From: Neptunomonas sp.
Lineage (GTDB): Bacteria; Pseudomonadota; Gammaproteobacteria; Pseudomonadales; Balneatricaceae
Direction of reading: 5' to 3'
Assembly: GCA_036804365.1 (NCBI GenBank)
Contig: DAIRSP010000001.1
Span: forward strand, 45,990 to 109,989
DNA length: 64,000 nucleotides
This document shows positions 19,867-30,129 of the stretch, one piece after another (position 1 is the stretch's first letter; every line of letters starts with the position of its first letter). The translations under genes and the position numbers were made by a program. The notes below the pieces were generated by a model. It did no database searches and was not told where the DNA came from. It saw nothing but the letters and a program-made list of their open reading frames with translations.

Positions 19867-22059
19867 TCAATATAAATCATAAGGATCCACATCCACTGTC
19901 CATCGAATTCGATTGCTTAAAGGGTGTCTTTCCATGGCTAAGCATAGACTACGTAACAAGTTTTGCAGTATCGGACGACTCTTAGATGAAAATAAAAGTT
20001 GAGCGCGAAACACGCCTGCGCGTTTTTCCATCGGGGCTGGGAATGGCCCTGTTCCTTGTACACCTGATTGATACGTGTCGTTGAATTCATTGATCGATTG
20101 TAAAAAAGCCTCTGCTCTACCGGGGTGGGGTGCTTCGGCACGTATAATCGCTAAGTGAGCGAAAGGCGCGAGATTGAATTGTTTGCGAAGCTTGATCTCC
20201 TCATTGGCGAAGGCTTCATAACCTTTCGTTGCAAGTTGAACAAGTAGCGGGTGATCCGAATGGTGAGTTTGCAGTACAACATGCCCTGGGTGGTTGGCAC
20301 GACCTGCGCGCCCAGCCACTTGGATAATCATCTGCGCCGTACGCTCCATGCCGCGAAAATCAGTACTAAATAAACCCGCATCGGCATCCAAAATGGCGAC
20401 TAGGGTTACTTTGGGAAAATGGTGTCCCTTGGCTAGCATTTGTGTGCCCACTAATATGCAGGGTTTTCCTTGGGCGACATCTTCCATGATGCGCTGCATT
20501 GCGCCTTTTCGGGAGGTGCTGTCTCTATCTACACGTATAACGGGTATGGTTGGAAATAGCGCCGATAAGGTTTGTTCGGTGCGTTCGGTGCCCGATCCTA
20601 CGGGCTTCAGCTCTAGGCTGCCGCAATGATCGCAACCTCTAGGAATAGGACGTTGGCTGTCACAGTGATGACAGTGTAGATGGGGAGGTTGTTGGTGTAA
20701 TGTCATCCGTGCGTCGCAGCGACGACACTCGGCAATCCAACCGCAATCATGACAAAGTAGGCTAGGTGAAAAACCTCGGCGGTTGATGAATACCAGTACT
20801 TGGGTGCCCGCTTTAAGGTGTTGTTCTATCTGAGCTATGAGGGGTGTCGAAATACCGTTATTAAGTGGAAGTGATTTAATATCAAGTAGCTGAAACCGCG
20901 GTGAAGTGGCATTTCCAGCTCGTTGGCGAAGCTTAAGGTGTTGATAGCGTTCAGCATGGGCGTTTTGTAGCGATTCAAGTGAAGGTGTAGCTGTTGCAAG
21001 CACTAAGGGGATATTTTCAGCGTGTGCGCGAACCACCGCAAGGTCTCGAGCTGAATAGCGGAAGCCCTCCTGTTGCTTGAATGAGCTGTCGTGTTCTTCG
21101 TCAACAATGATGATGCCTGGCTCTTTCATAGGGGTGAAGATGGCCGAGCGAGTCCCGATGGTAATAGGCGCGAAGCCCTGTTTAGTATTCATCCAAGCAT
21201 CAAAACGCTGCTTATCGGTCAGGTTTGAGTGGAGTACTTCTACGGGAACGCGAAATCGGTGGCGAAATCGTTGTACGGTTTGCGGGGTTAGGCCAATTTC
21301 AGGTACCAGGATGAGGGCCTGCTTACCCTGCTTGAGAACATGATGTATGGCTTGTAGGTATACCTCAGTTTTTCCCGACCCTGTAATGCCATCAAGTAGA
21401 AAAGACTGAAAGCTTTGCTGGGCATTAATTGCTGTTAAAGCGATATGCTGTTCGTTGTTGAGCGGTAGCTCCGCTTCCCTAAGGAGATGGTCAGCTTTAG
21501 GCAGAGTATGAAGGATTACACGCTGCTCAATGAGTTGTTTCTCAACGAGTGCATTAAGCTGCGCTAATTGCCCTCCCTCTGCTCGAATGGCTTCGTTGCT
21601 GATGCCTTGAGGGTGGCTGGCAATCAGGTCGAAAACAGCAAGTTGTTTATAGGCGTTGCTCCCAAGCTTTGCTTTATCGGCGTCTTTAGTAATATGCCAG
21701 AGATAGGTATGAGCTGCTTCACAAGGAGCGCCCTTACGTAAATAGACCGGTAATGATTGAAGTAGAGCGTCTCCCGCTGGATGTTGGTAGTAATCCGCTG
21801 CCCAGAGTGCAAGATCAAAGAGGTAGTTAGGCAGCAGCGCTTCGTTATCCAAAATGTCGATAGCTGCTTTTAATTTGCTTTGTGGAACATCCGTCTCGGT
21901 TGAGGTGGATACGATGAGACCGATCAGCTCTCTATTACCAAAAGGCACTTTGACTCTTGTCCCAGGCGATATTGAAGCACTATCGCTATAACTGTCCGGC
22001 GGTAGGTAATCAAAAAAACGTCTGAGAGGTGAGGGTATAGCGACATTGAGTACTAACAT
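19867..22059 (-). CDS. priA: Primosomal protein N' (replication restart helicase)
   Basis: GITGSGKT, DEEH, four CxxC motifs, GTQMLAKGHHF, QVAGRAGR, terminal DVDP. Confidence 0.97.
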   Translation of the reverse strand: MLVLNVAIPSPLRRFFDYLPPDSYSDSASISPGTRVKVPFGNRELIGLIVSTSTETDVPQSKLKAAIDILDNEALLPNYLFDLALWAADYYQHPAGDALLQSLPVYLRKGAPCEAAHTYLWHITKDADKAKLGSNAYKQLAVFDLIASHPQGISNEAIRAEGGQLAQLNALVEKQLIEQRVILHTLPKADHLLREAELPLNNEQHIALTAINAQQSFQSFLLDGITGSGKTEVYLQAIHHVLKQGKQALILVPEIGLTPQTVQRFRHRFRVPVEVLHSNLTDKQRFDAWMNTKQGFAPITIGTRSAIFTPMKEPGIIIVDEEHDSSFKQQEGFRYSARDLAVVRAHAENIPLVLATATPSLESLQNAHAERYQHLKLRQRAGNATSPRFQLLDIKSLPLNNGISTPLIAQIEQHLKAGTQVLVFINRRGFSPSLLCHDCGWIAECRRCDARMTLHQQPPHLHCHHCDSQRPIPRGCDHCGSLELKPVGSGTERTEQTLSALFPTIPVIRVDRDSTSRKGAMQRIMEDVAQGKPCILVGTQMLAKGHHFPKVTLVAILDADAGLFSTDFRGMERTAQMIIQVAGRAGRANHPGHVVLQTHHSDHPLLVQLATKGYEAFANEEIKLRKQFNLAPFAHLAIIRAEAPHPGRAEAFLQSINEFNDTYQSGVQGTGPFPAPMEKRAGVFRAQLLFSSKSRPILQNLLRSLCLAMERHPLSNRIRWTVDVDPYDLY

Positions 22060-22134
22060 GGCCGTTTGGTATTTCTGTAAGCAGGGAGGGTAAGTGTAAA
22101 AGTTTTTTCAGTGAGATAATATCCTCGTTTTCGG

Positions 22135-22163
22135 TTGCGATAAGTGGGATCTCTCCGTATAAT
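22135..22163 (+). promoter_or_regulatory. Sigma70 promoter of rpmE
   Basis: TTGCGA-N17-TATAAT followed by a GC-rich discriminator CCACGCCC. Confidence 0.8.
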
Positions 22164-22209
22164 CCACGCCCTGTTCAAAACAGCTGTTATAAGATAGCTA
22201 TTTTTAATC

Positions 22210-22255
22210 TTTGTACGGTGCTTGGCATAAAGAAATGATCAAGTGGCGGTGCAGA
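22210..22255 (+). promoter_or_regulatory. Structured rpmE 5' leader (probable L31 autoregulatory element)
   Basis: Nested stems TGTAC/GTGCA, GCTTGG/TCAAGT and CAT/ATG with internal loop, upstream of the GAGG SD. Confidence 0.6.
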
Positions 22256-22276
22256 ATCTAAAGTCTCGAGGTTATT

Positions 22277-22495
22277 ATGAAAGCGGATATCCATCCGAAG
22301 TACGAAGCTGTTACCATCACTTGTTCTTGTGGTAACGAAATGAATACTTTCTCGACTATGTGCCAAAGCATGCACGTGGACGTTTGCAGCCAGTGCCACC
22401 CTTTCTACACTGGTAAGCAAAAAGAAGCTACATCTGGTGGTCGTATTGATCGCTTCAACAAGCGTTTTGGTGCGGTTTCTGCCAAAAAAGCTTAA
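22277..22495 (+). CDS. rpmE: 50S ribosomal protein L31 (zinc-binding type A)
   Basis: [12 protein letters not shown]...[23 protein letters not shown]. Confidence 0.98.
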   Translation: MKADIHPKYEAVTITCSCGNEMNTFSTMCQSMHVDVCSQCHPFYTGKQKEATSGGRIDRFNKRFGAVSAKKA

Positions 22496-23292
22496 TGATT
22501 TCTGTTTCTTCCAAAAAGGCACTCACTATGAGTGCCTTTTTTGTATTTATTTTTTATTCCTTTGTTTTTTCTTATCCGGTTTTCTCTGCAAGCCTGCAGG
22601 AAGATTGCCCATCATTTCATTCGCAGCAACGAGTAAGCATCGCCTTTGTTATTGATGGTGATACGGTTCAGTTAACGGATAAGCGAAGAGTGCGCCTTGT
22701 CGGTATGAATACCCCCGAGTTGAAAGAAGGGAGTGCTCTATCTCGTCGTTTTGCTCAGCAGGCAAAAGAGGCTTTGCAGAACTGGATCGAACAGCGGCGC
22801 TCCCTTTATTTAAGCCAAGATCAGTCCTCCCGAGATCACTATGGTCGTCAGTTAAGCTATCTACATGATGGAAAAGGCAATGACGCGGGCGCTTTTCTTC
22901 TCAGTCAAGGTTTGGCTTATGCGGTGGCAATAGCACCGGATTTACAAAGGGTAGAATGTTACTTCTCTTTAGAAAAGCAAGCTAGAGCAGCGCGTCTCGG
23001 AATTTGGATGGAATCTCCTATCAAGGCGTTAGATAGAGAGAGGTTTTTTGAGGGAGGCTTTGGTGTTTATCGTGGCGAAGTTTCAGCTATTTTGAAGTTT
23101 AAACGCTCCTTTGCATTGGTCTTGAATGAGCGTTTAGTTGTGATGGTTAAGTTATCTGAGAGTGCTCCATACGCGCTTGGAGATAAGGTTGTTGTGAGGG
23201 GATGGTTGCGGCAGAAAAAATTTGTTTATAAAAAACAAAGCTATGGTTATCAAATGCTGCTAAATAGCACGCATAATATTGAAAAAATATAG
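22495..23292 (+). CDS. Thermonuclease (staphylococcal nuclease-like) family protein, probably exported
   Basis: VIDGDT, RVRLVGMNTPE, DHYGRQLSY, LLSQGLA, EKQARAARLGIW; start overlaps the rpmE stop (TAATG). Confidence 0.88.
   Translation: MISVSSKKALTMSAFFVFIFYSFVFSYPVFSASLQEDCPSFHSQQRVSIAFVIDGDTVQLTDKRRVRLVGMNTPELKEGSALSRRFAQQAKEALQNWIEQRRSLYLSQDQSSRDHYGRQLSYLHDGKGNDAGAFLLSQGLAYAVAIAPDLQRVECYFSLEKQARAARLGIWMESPIKALDRERFFEGGFGVYRGEVSAILKFKRSFALVLNERLVVMVKLSESAPYALGDKVVVRGWLRQKKFVYKKQSYGYQMLLNSTHNIEKI
22513..22542 (+). terminator. Intrinsic terminator of rpmE, lying inside the nuclease ORF
   Basis: AAAAAGGCACTCA-cta-TGAGTGCCTTTTTT. Confidence 0.85.
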
Positions 23293-23421
23293 AGAGTTTT
23301 GATGTCCGTCAATCGGCCTGAAAGCCTATTTAAACAGGACTCTAGGGTGGTTGTTCCAATATGTTCTTTTCTATATGATTGAACGTCCGTCTTTTGTTAT
23401 AAAAATATTGGAAAAGCAAAC

Positions 23422-24687
23422 ATGTCTGAAGATCTGAAAAAAGCGGCACTTGATTACCACGAGTTTCCTCGTCCAGGTAAAATTAGTGTCGAGCTGACTA
23501 CCTCAGCTGCAACTGCCCGTGATCTTGCTTTGGCTTACAGTCCTGGTGTTGCGGAGCCTGTCCGCGAAATTGCTAAGGATCCTGATAATGCCTATCGTTA
23601 CACAGCCAAAGGGAATCTGGTGGCAGTGATCTCCAACGGTTCTGCAATTCTGGGTCTGGGTGACTTAGGTCCATTGGCTTCTAAGCCAGTAATGGAAGGT
23701 AAAGCACTGCTGTTCAAGAAGTTTGCTGGTATTGATTCTATTGATATCGAAGTTGACGCTGAAAGCCCACAAGCTTTCATTGATACAGTAGCACGCATCG
23801 CTGAAACGTTTGGTGGTATTAACCTTGAAGATATCAAGGCACCAGAGTGTTTTGAGATTGAGCGTGCCTTGATTGAACGTTGCAATATCCCAGTTTTCCA
23901 TGATGATCAGCACGGTACAGCTATTGTAACGGCTGCCGGTATGATTAACGCATTGGAAATCGCGGGCAAAAAACTTGAAGACGCTACTATCGTTACCCTA
24001 GGAGCAGGTGCTGCAGCTTCCGCATGTATGAAGTTGTTGCTAAATATGGGTGCCAAAGTCGAGAATATTTATATGCTTGACCGTAAGGGTGTGATCCACT
24101 CTGGCCGCGAAGACCTGACTGCCGAGAAAGCAATTTTTGCAACTGAAACAGATAAGCGCACATTAGATGATGCGATCGAAGGGGCTGACGTATTTGTTGG
24201 TCTATCCGGTCCAAATCTGTTGTCTGCAGAACAACTGAAGAAAATGGCACCTACACCAGTGGTATTTGCGTGTGCGAACCCAGATCCAGAGATCCTTCCA
24301 GCTGTAGCGCATGCTGCACGTGATGATGTGATTATGGCTACAGGTCGTTCTGACTTCCCTAACCAGGTTAACAACGTATTGGGCTTCCCATTCATCTTCC
24401 GCGGTGCTTTAGATGTTCGTGCATCTGAGATTAACGAAGAGATGAAGGCTGCGGCTGTCCGCGCTTTAGCTGATTTGGCTAAAGAGCCTGTACCGCAAGC
24501 TGTTCTGGATGCTTATGGTTTAGAGTCTTTATCTTTTGGTCGTGAATATATTATTCCAAAACCAACTGATGAGCGTTTGTTTGGTGCATTATCAATGGCT
24601 GTTGCACAGGCGGCTATTGATACGGGCGTGGCTCGCTTGCCGTTGCCTGCGCACTATCCACTCACGACGTTGGCTGATTTGAAATAA
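23422..24687 (+). CDS. NAD(P)-dependent malic enzyme (MaeB-type malic domain only, no PTA domain)
   Basis: LAYSPGVAEP, KPVMEGK, GGINLEDI, FHDDQHGT, GRSDFPNQVNN; 421 aa. Confidence 0.93.
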   Translation: MSEDLKKAALDYHEFPRPGKISVELTTSAATARDLALAYSPGVAEPVREIAKDPDNAYRYTAKGNLVAVISNGSAILGLGDLGPLASKPVMEGKALLFKKFAGIDSIDIEVDAESPQAFIDTVARIAETFGGINLEDIKAPECFEIERALIERCNIPVFHDDQHGTAIVTAAGMINALEIAGKKLEDATIVTLGAGAAASACMKLLLNMGAKVENIYMLDRKGVIHSGREDLTAEKAIFATETDKRTLDDAIEGADVFVGLSGPNLLSAEQLKKMAPTPVVFACANPDPEILPAVAHAARDDVIMATGRSDFPNQVNNVLGFPFIFRGALDVRASEINEEMKAAAVRALADLAKEPVPQAVLDAYGLESLSFGREYIIPKPTDERLFGALSMAVAQAAIDTGVARLPLPAHYPLTTLADLK

Positions 24688-24707
24688 TTCACTGATTCGG
24701 TGGTACA

Positions 24708-24735
24708 AAAAAACCCAGCTTAAGCTGGGTTTTTT
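24708..24735. terminator. Bidirectional terminator between malic enzyme gene and mrcA
   Basis: AAAAAACCCAGCTTAAGCTGGGTTTTTT, perfect 28-bp palindrome. Confidence 0.9.
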
Positions 24736-24751
24736 ATTGGATTCATATTGA

Positions 24752-27106
24752 TTAGAAAATCTCTTCAGTAGACTTTCTGCGCTCGCCATTATTGGTTTCA
24801 ATGATGCTCGCTTTAGGGAGTTCATCTGCTTTAAAGTATTCGAAAATGGCATCGCTTTGACTAGGGCTAGCTAGGGCGCCGCTAGTAGGGTCTATGCGTA
24901 ACTGTACAATGCCTTCTGGCTGCGGGATGGGCGATTCAGGCATATCTTGAAGCGCAACTTTCATAAAGTCTATCCAGATCGGCAGAGAGGCAGTTCCCCC
25001 GAATTCAGATCTTCCTAACGATGTAGGCTGATCAAATCCAACCCAAGACGTCACGACGAGTTTGTTGTTATAGCCTGTAAACCAAGCGTCTTTTTGGTCA
25101 TTGGTTGTGCCCGTTTTTCCGGCTAAGTCGTTGCGCTTCAATACCTGTGCACGGGTTCCTGTGCCACGTCTAATAACATCTTGCAGCATGCTATATAAAA
25201 GGAAGTTAGTTCGAACATCCATGATGCGTTCTGCCGGGTAAGAGGTATCGGTGGTTTCACAGTCTTCGCAGACACTAGGAGCTGTGGTAACAAAAATGGT
25301 ATCGCCAGCTTGGTTATTAATATGGTCAATGAAATGGGGCTTAATTTTGAAGCCACCGTTGGCGAAAGCCGCATAGCCAGTAACCAGTTCTAATGGAGTG
25401 ACGTCAGCACTTCCGAGTGCAAGCGATAGATTGTTGGGAAGCTTGTCGGCATTGAATCCAAACTTTTCTAAATATTGGATACCGTTGCTAATACCGAGTG
25501 AGCGCAGCACGCGGATAGATATTAGGTTACGAGACTGGTACAAGCCCACCCTTAACCGAGTAGGTCCTGAAAAGTCTTTATTCGAGTTTTCGGGGCGCCA
25601 GTTGCCATCTAAGCCAGCATCAGTTAAGACGATAGGGGCATCATTCACAATGGTTGCAGGGTTAAAGCCGTTTTCCATCGCGCCAGCATAGATAAAAGGT
25701 TTGAAGTTCGATCCCGGCTGTCTGTGGGCTTGAGTGGCGCGGTTAAATTTATTGTGAGCAAAGCTAAAGCCACCAACGAGAGAACGTATGGCGCCGGTTT
25801 GAGGGGTCATTGCGACTAACGCGCCCTGAACGCTAGGTATCTGCCAAAGCTCCCAGTACTTGCCGTTATTGAAGGTGCGAATTTGATCACCTATTTTGAC
25901 GATATCAGACGCTTTTTTGGGCATAGGGCCTGAGTAGTTGACGGACTTGAAACTCTTTGCCCATTTGATCCCATCCCAAGGGAGGGTAATGCGCTCGCCG
26001 TTTTTTAAGATGGCATTGATGCTGTCTGTTGTAAGACTGGTGACGATGGCGGGTTCAACCTTTGCGAAATCGGTGTCGTTTTTCAGGAACGCAGCTATTT
26101 GTTCAAAGGAGAGGCCTGTAATGTCGTGGCTTTTTTCAGGTCCTTCATAACCGTGGCGCTTTACATAATCCATGAGGCCGTCGCGAACGGCGTCGTTAGC
26201 GGCTGCTTGGAGCTTGCTATCAATGGTGGTATAGACGGTGAAACCATCGGTATATAGATCTTCGCCATATTTCGCATAAAGTTCGCTGCGCACCATCTCT
26301 GCAATATAAGGTGCATAGAGCTCTATTTCGGTGGTGTGGTACTTTGCTGTAACCGGTGCAGAAACTGCTTGGTCGTATTCGGCTTTGTTGATAAATGATA
26401 GCTCAAGCATTCGGCCAAGGATCCAGTCGCGTCGTTCAATGGCTCTATCGGGGTTGGTTAAAGGATTGTAGGCAGATGGTGCTTTAGGGAGGCCTGCTAT
26501 CATGGCGAGTTGAGCTAGGTCTAGTTCTTCGATGTTTTTGCCATAGTAGACGTTGGCTGCCGCTTGAATACCGTAAGAGCGATGACCAAGATAAATTTTG
26601 TTTACATAGAGGCTCATTATCTCTTCTTTGGAGAGAAGCTGTTCAATTTTTAGCGCGAGGAAAATTTCACTGAATTTACGCTCAAATGTCTTATCACGGC
26701 TCAAGAAAAAGTTTTTGGCGACTTGCATTGTGATAGTTGAGCCGCCGCTCTGGATCTTGCCTGTTGTGCCGAGTTGGAAGGCGGCCCTGAATAACCCTTT
26801 AATATCTATGCCGTGATGTTCAAAGAAACGACTATCCTCAGCAGACTGTAAGGCTTGAATAAACCGCACGGGGATCTGTTCATATTGAACCGGCGTTCGC
26901 TTTTTCTCACCAAACTCAGCGATCAGTTTTCCATCTGCAGATAAGACAGTTAGGGGTGTTTGGAACTTAATATCCCGGAGTGTTTCCACATCTGGAAGAT
27001 TGGGCGCAAAGTGCTGATAAAGACCGTAAGCTGCAATCGCTCCAGCGAAAGCACCAAAAAGGGAAAGGTATAAAAAGGTACGAAAAAGAAGTTTCAGAAG
27101 GTGCAT
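24752..27106 (-). CDS. mrcA: Penicillin-binding protein 1A
   Basis: Transglycosylase AEDSRFFEHHG, GGSTITMQ; transpeptidase SNFK, SRN, KTG; divergent from pilM. Confidence 0.96.
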   Translation of the reverse strand: MHLLKLLFRTFLYLSLFGAFAGAIAAYGLYQHFAPNLPDVETLRDIKFQTPLTVLSADGKLIAEFGEKKRTPVQYEQIPVRFIQALQSAEDSRFFEHHGIDIKGLFRAAFQLGTTGKIQSGGSTITMQVAKNFFLSRDKTFERKFSEIFLALKIEQLLSKEEIMSLYVNKIYLGHRSYGIQAAANVYYGKNIEELDLAQLAMIAGLPKAPSAYNPLTNPDRAIERRDWILGRMLELSFINKAEYDQAVSAPVTAKYHTTEIELYAPYIAEMVRSELYAKYGEDLYTDGFTVYTTIDSKLQAAANDAVRDGLMDYVKRHGYEGPEKSHDITGLSFEQIAAFLKNDTDFAKVEPAIVTSLTTDSINAILKNGERITLPWDGIKWAKSFKSVNYSGPMPKKASDIVKIGDQIRTFNNGKYWELWQIPSVQGALVAMTPQTGAIRSLVGGFSFAHNKFNRATQAHRQPGSNFKPFIYAGAMENGFNPATIVNDAPIVLTDAGLDGNWRPENSNKDFSGPTRLRVGLYQSRNLISIRVLRSLGISNGIQYLEKFGFNADKLPNNLSLALGSADVTPLELVTGYAAFANGGFKIKPHFIDHINNQAGDTIFVTTAPSVCEDCETTDTSYPAERIMDVRTNFLLYSMLQDVIRRGTGTRAQVLKRNDLAGKTGTTNDQKDAWFTGYNNKLVVTSWVGFDQPTSLGRSEFGGTASLPIWIDFMKVALQDMPESPIPQPEGIVQLRIDPTSGALASPSQSDAIFEYFKADELPKASIIETNNGERRKSTEEIF

Positions 27107-27252
27107 GCTTACTCTATATCAGTATTTAGTCAAGTATTGTAATTATATAGAGGGTAATATACGCCCACTAGATGAATTAGAGTTTAATTTTTCCTATTTT
27201 ATAGCTAAAGTCTGTATAAGAGGGTAAATCTATATCTTAAAAGGATGCCGAC

Positions 27253-28314
27253 GTGTTTAGTTTACTTGGAAAAAAAGCGGCAAGTTGGGTCGGAGTGGAC
27301 ATTGGCTCATCTGCTGTAAAATTAGTCGCGCTTTCTAGGCATGGAAGTCAGATAGGGTTGGACGCTTATGCGATAGTCTCCTTACCTCCGACGGCAGTCG
27401 TTGATGGAGCTATTCAAGAGATTCAATCTGTTGCTGAAGCGATAGGACGTGGTGCTAAAATTTGTGCAATGAAGCAAGCATCGGCGATAGCAGCGGTTCC
27501 CTCTTCTGCGGTTATTATTAAAAAGATGGAACTGAGCAAGGCGTTTACCGAGCTAGAATTGGAAGATCAGGTTAAAGTCGAAGCAGATCAGTTTATTCCT
27601 TACCCTCTAGATGAAGTGGCGATGGACTTTGAAGTGGTTGGTGTATCGCCTTCGCATCCAGACCTGAATGAAATTCTTTTAGTCGCCTGTCGTCGTGAGG
27701 ATGTGGATCAGCGAGAAGACGCAATCAACGCCGGTGGGTTGAAGTGTCGCATAGTCGATGTCGATACCTATGCGATGGAGCGTGTGTTCCCGACTTTAGT
27801 GGGTGAAACCGTTGCTAAGGGTGAAATGGTTGCGATTGTAGATATTGGTGCTGCAACCCTGACCTTGAACGTTATTCGAGATAATAAAATTATCTATAAC
27901 CGTGAGCAGTCATTTGGCGGTAATGATCTAACCACCAATATTCATCATCAGTACGGTATGGCTGTAGATGAAGTTGAGCAGGCACTGCGTTTGGGTGAGA
28001 TGAGTGAAGAAATTGTTGAGTCAACCGTGAAGCCTTTTCGTTTTACTGTTTCTCAGCAAGTTTCCCGGGCGCTGCAATTCTTTTATTCTTCTGGTGTTCA
28101 GCATCAGCTAAGTAAAATATTTATCTGTGGCGGGACAGCTTCAATAGAGGGTAGTGTTGATATCCTAAGCGAAGAGATTGGCGTTCCTGTCATGTTGGCT
28201 AATCCATTTAGCCAGATGGATGTTGCGGCGAAAGTGAATAAGGATCGCTTGTTGAAAGATGCTCCTGCTTTGATCAAAGCATGTGGATTAGCGCTTAGGT
28301 CGTTTGACCAATAG
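27253..28314 (+). CDS. pilM: Type IV pilus assembly protein PilM
   Basis: GVDIGSSAVK, IPYPLDEVAMDF, VDIGA, CGLALRSFD. Confidence 0.96.
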   Translation: MFSLLGKKAASWVGVDIGSSAVKLVALSRHGSQIGLDAYAIVSLPPTAVVDGAIQEIQSVAEAIGRGAKICAMKQASAIAAVPSSAVIIKKMELSKAFTELELEDQVKVEADQFIPYPLDEVAMDFEVVGVSPSHPDLNEILLVACRREDVDQREDAINAGGLKCRIVDVDTYAMERVFPTLVGETVAKGEMVAIVDIGAATLTLNVIRDNKIIYNREQSFGGNDLTTNIHHQYGMAVDEVEQALRLGEMSEEIVESTVKPFRFTVSQQVSRALQFFYSSGVQHQLSKIFICGGTASIEGSVDILSEEIGVPVMLANPFSQMDVAAKVNKDRLLKDAPALIKACGLALRSFDQ

Positions 28315-28323
28315 GGAATAATA

Positions 28324-28959
28324 ATGGCAAAAATTAACTTACGACCTTGGCGAGAAGAGCGAGCAGCAGCGCGTCAAAAGGACTTTGTTACCAATATATT
28401 GGCAACAGCTATCGGTGCAGCCTTTCTCGTTTTTGCAGTAGGTTACTATTATGACATCCAGATGGATCGTCAAAAGGTACGTAACGATTATCTTCAAGGA
28501 CAAATTTCTGAGTTAGATATTAAGCTTAAAGAGATCGAAGAGCTTAAAAGACAAAGAGAGCGACTGTTAGAGAGGCTCAATGCTATTCAGGAATTGCAGG
28601 GTAATCGGCCGATTATTGTGCGTAACTTTGATGAGCTTGTGCGTGTATTGCCCGACGGTCTGTTTTATTCGCTGCTAGAGCGCAAAGAAGACGGTTTTGA
28701 TACCAACAAACAAGCAGATGCGCGTCAGGATTCTATTAAAATTCATGGGTTAGCCCTGCAGAACAAGGATGTGTCTGAGCTAATGAGAAATATGAATAAA
28801 TCCATTTGGTTTGGTGAGCCGACACTGTCTAAAGTCAGTGATTTCCAAGCTAAAACAAGTCCAGAGGATCCAAAAACACCGAAGGCTCCCGCTCAAGATT
28901 TGAAAGAGTTTGACTTGGCTGTGGTTCTAACCAAACCTAAAGCGGAGGATGCAAAATGA
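28324..28959 (+). CDS. pilN: Type IV pilus assembly protein PilN
   Basis: N-terminal INLRPWREE, TM, coiled coil, operon position. Confidence 0.93.
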   Translation: MAKINLRPWREERAAARQKDFVTNILATAIGAAFLVFAVGYYYDIQMDRQKVRNDYLQGQISELDIKLKEIEELKRQRERLLERLNAIQELQGNRPIIVRNFDELVRVLPDGLFYSLLERKEDGFDTNKQADARQDSIKIHGLALQNKDVSELMRNMNKSIWFGEPTLSKVSDFQAKTSPEDPKTPKAPAQDLKEFDLAVVLTKPKAEDAK

Positions 28960-29561
28960 GCGGATCATCATTTAAAAATGCATTCCAAGGTTTTGACCCC
29001 AATAATTTAGACCTCAATACTGCCGGAAACTGGCCGATTGGTATTAAGGTTATTGTTTATCTCCTGATCTTCTGCGGTGTTTTTTATGGAGGTGTTCACC
29101 TCTATGTCAGTGAAAAACATGATCTGCTCGGCAAAGAGGTGCAGAAAGAGGAGCAATCCAAGCAGGAATACACAGTAAAATCTTTTCAGGTAGCGAACCT
29201 CGCTGCACTCCGTAAACAGATGGAGGATGTGGAAGGTAAGTTTTCTGAGCTGTTAAGACAGCTGCCAACAGAAAAGGAAGTGCCTGGCTTACTTGAAGAT
29301 ATTACGGACATAGGTCGAGCGGCTGGTTTGCAGATCAAAGTGATCGCGTTGGATCAAGAACGAAAAGCAAAGTTTTATATAGAGCTCCCTATTAATATCG
29401 AGGTAAAAGGGACCTACCATCAGATGGGGCAGTTTGTAAGCGGTGTAGCTGCAATTAAGCGTATCGTTACATTGCATGATTACAACATCAAGCCAACTCA
29501 GGATGGAATGCTGGAGATGGTGATAAATGCGAAGACTTACCGTTATGATGATTCTGAGTAG
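28956..29561 (+). CDS. pilO: Type IV pilus assembly protein PilO
   Basis: LLRQLPTEKEVPGLLEDI, FYIELPI, AKTYRY. Confidence 0.95.
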   Translation: MSGSSFKNAFQGFDPNNLDLNTAGNWPIGIKVIVYLLIFCGVFYGGVHLYVSEKHDLLGKEVQKEEQSKQEYTVKSFQVANLAALRKQMEDVEGKFSELLRQLPTEKEVPGLLEDITDIGRAAGLQIKVIALDQERKAKFYIELPINIEVKGTYHQMGQFVSGVAAIKRIVTLHDYNIKPTQDGMLEMVINAKTYRYDDSE

Positions 29562-29568
29562 TCTTAAA

Positions 29569-30114
29569 ATGCAGCGTTTAAAGGTCGTGATAGCCGGTGT
29601 TCTAATTGCGGGTCTTTCGGGTTGCGTATGGGTCGAAGATAATGACGATTTAGTGCGATTTGTAGCGGATGTTCGTGCTAAACCAAAAGGTAAAATAGAA
29701 CCGTTACCTACCTTTAAACCTTACGAGAGCTTTGTTTACCAAGGCGCAAGCCTCCGAGACCCGTTTGTTCCTTTGGTGAAGGTGGAGTCAGAGACTAACA
29801 ACCTTGCCGTGGATGATTCAAACGGTTTGCAGCCTGATCAAGAGCGGCCACGTAGTTATTTAGAGCAATTTTCGGTTGATGACCTTAAAATGGTGGGCAC
29901 AATTGGAAAAGCCGAAGATAGTTTTTTCTGGGCGCTGGTACAGGACCCCAATGGCGAAATTCATCGTGTCGCTGTCGATGACTACATTGGTTTGGACTAC
30001 GGTCGTGTAGCCTCAGTACAAGATCAATTACTTGAAATACAAGAAATTATTTCTAACGGACGTGGTGGATGGATGCAGCGTCCAAGAAGTATCAAGCTAG
30101 TCGAGCAGGAATAA
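29569..30114 (+). CDS. pilP: Type IV pilus assembly lipoprotein PilP
   Basis: Lipobox LSGC at residue 19 from ATG 29569; IEPLP, RDPF, LKMVGT. Confidence 0.92.
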   Translation: MQRLKVVIAGVLIAGLSGCVWVEDNDDLVRFVADVRAKPKGKIEPLPTFKPYESFVYQGASLRDPFVPLVKVESETNNLAVDDSNGLQPDQERPRSYLEQFSVDDLKMVGTIGKAEDSFFWALVQDPNGEIHRVAVDDYIGLDYGRVASVQDQLLEIQEIISNGRGGWMQRPRSIKLVEQE

Positions 30115-30129
30115 TCGAAGGATAGAAAC

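Noticed and set aside
23422..24687. Malic enzyme as a truncated maeB
   Set aside because: Stand-alone malic enzymes of about 420 aa lacking the PTA domain are a normal form at this locus; clean stop and terminator
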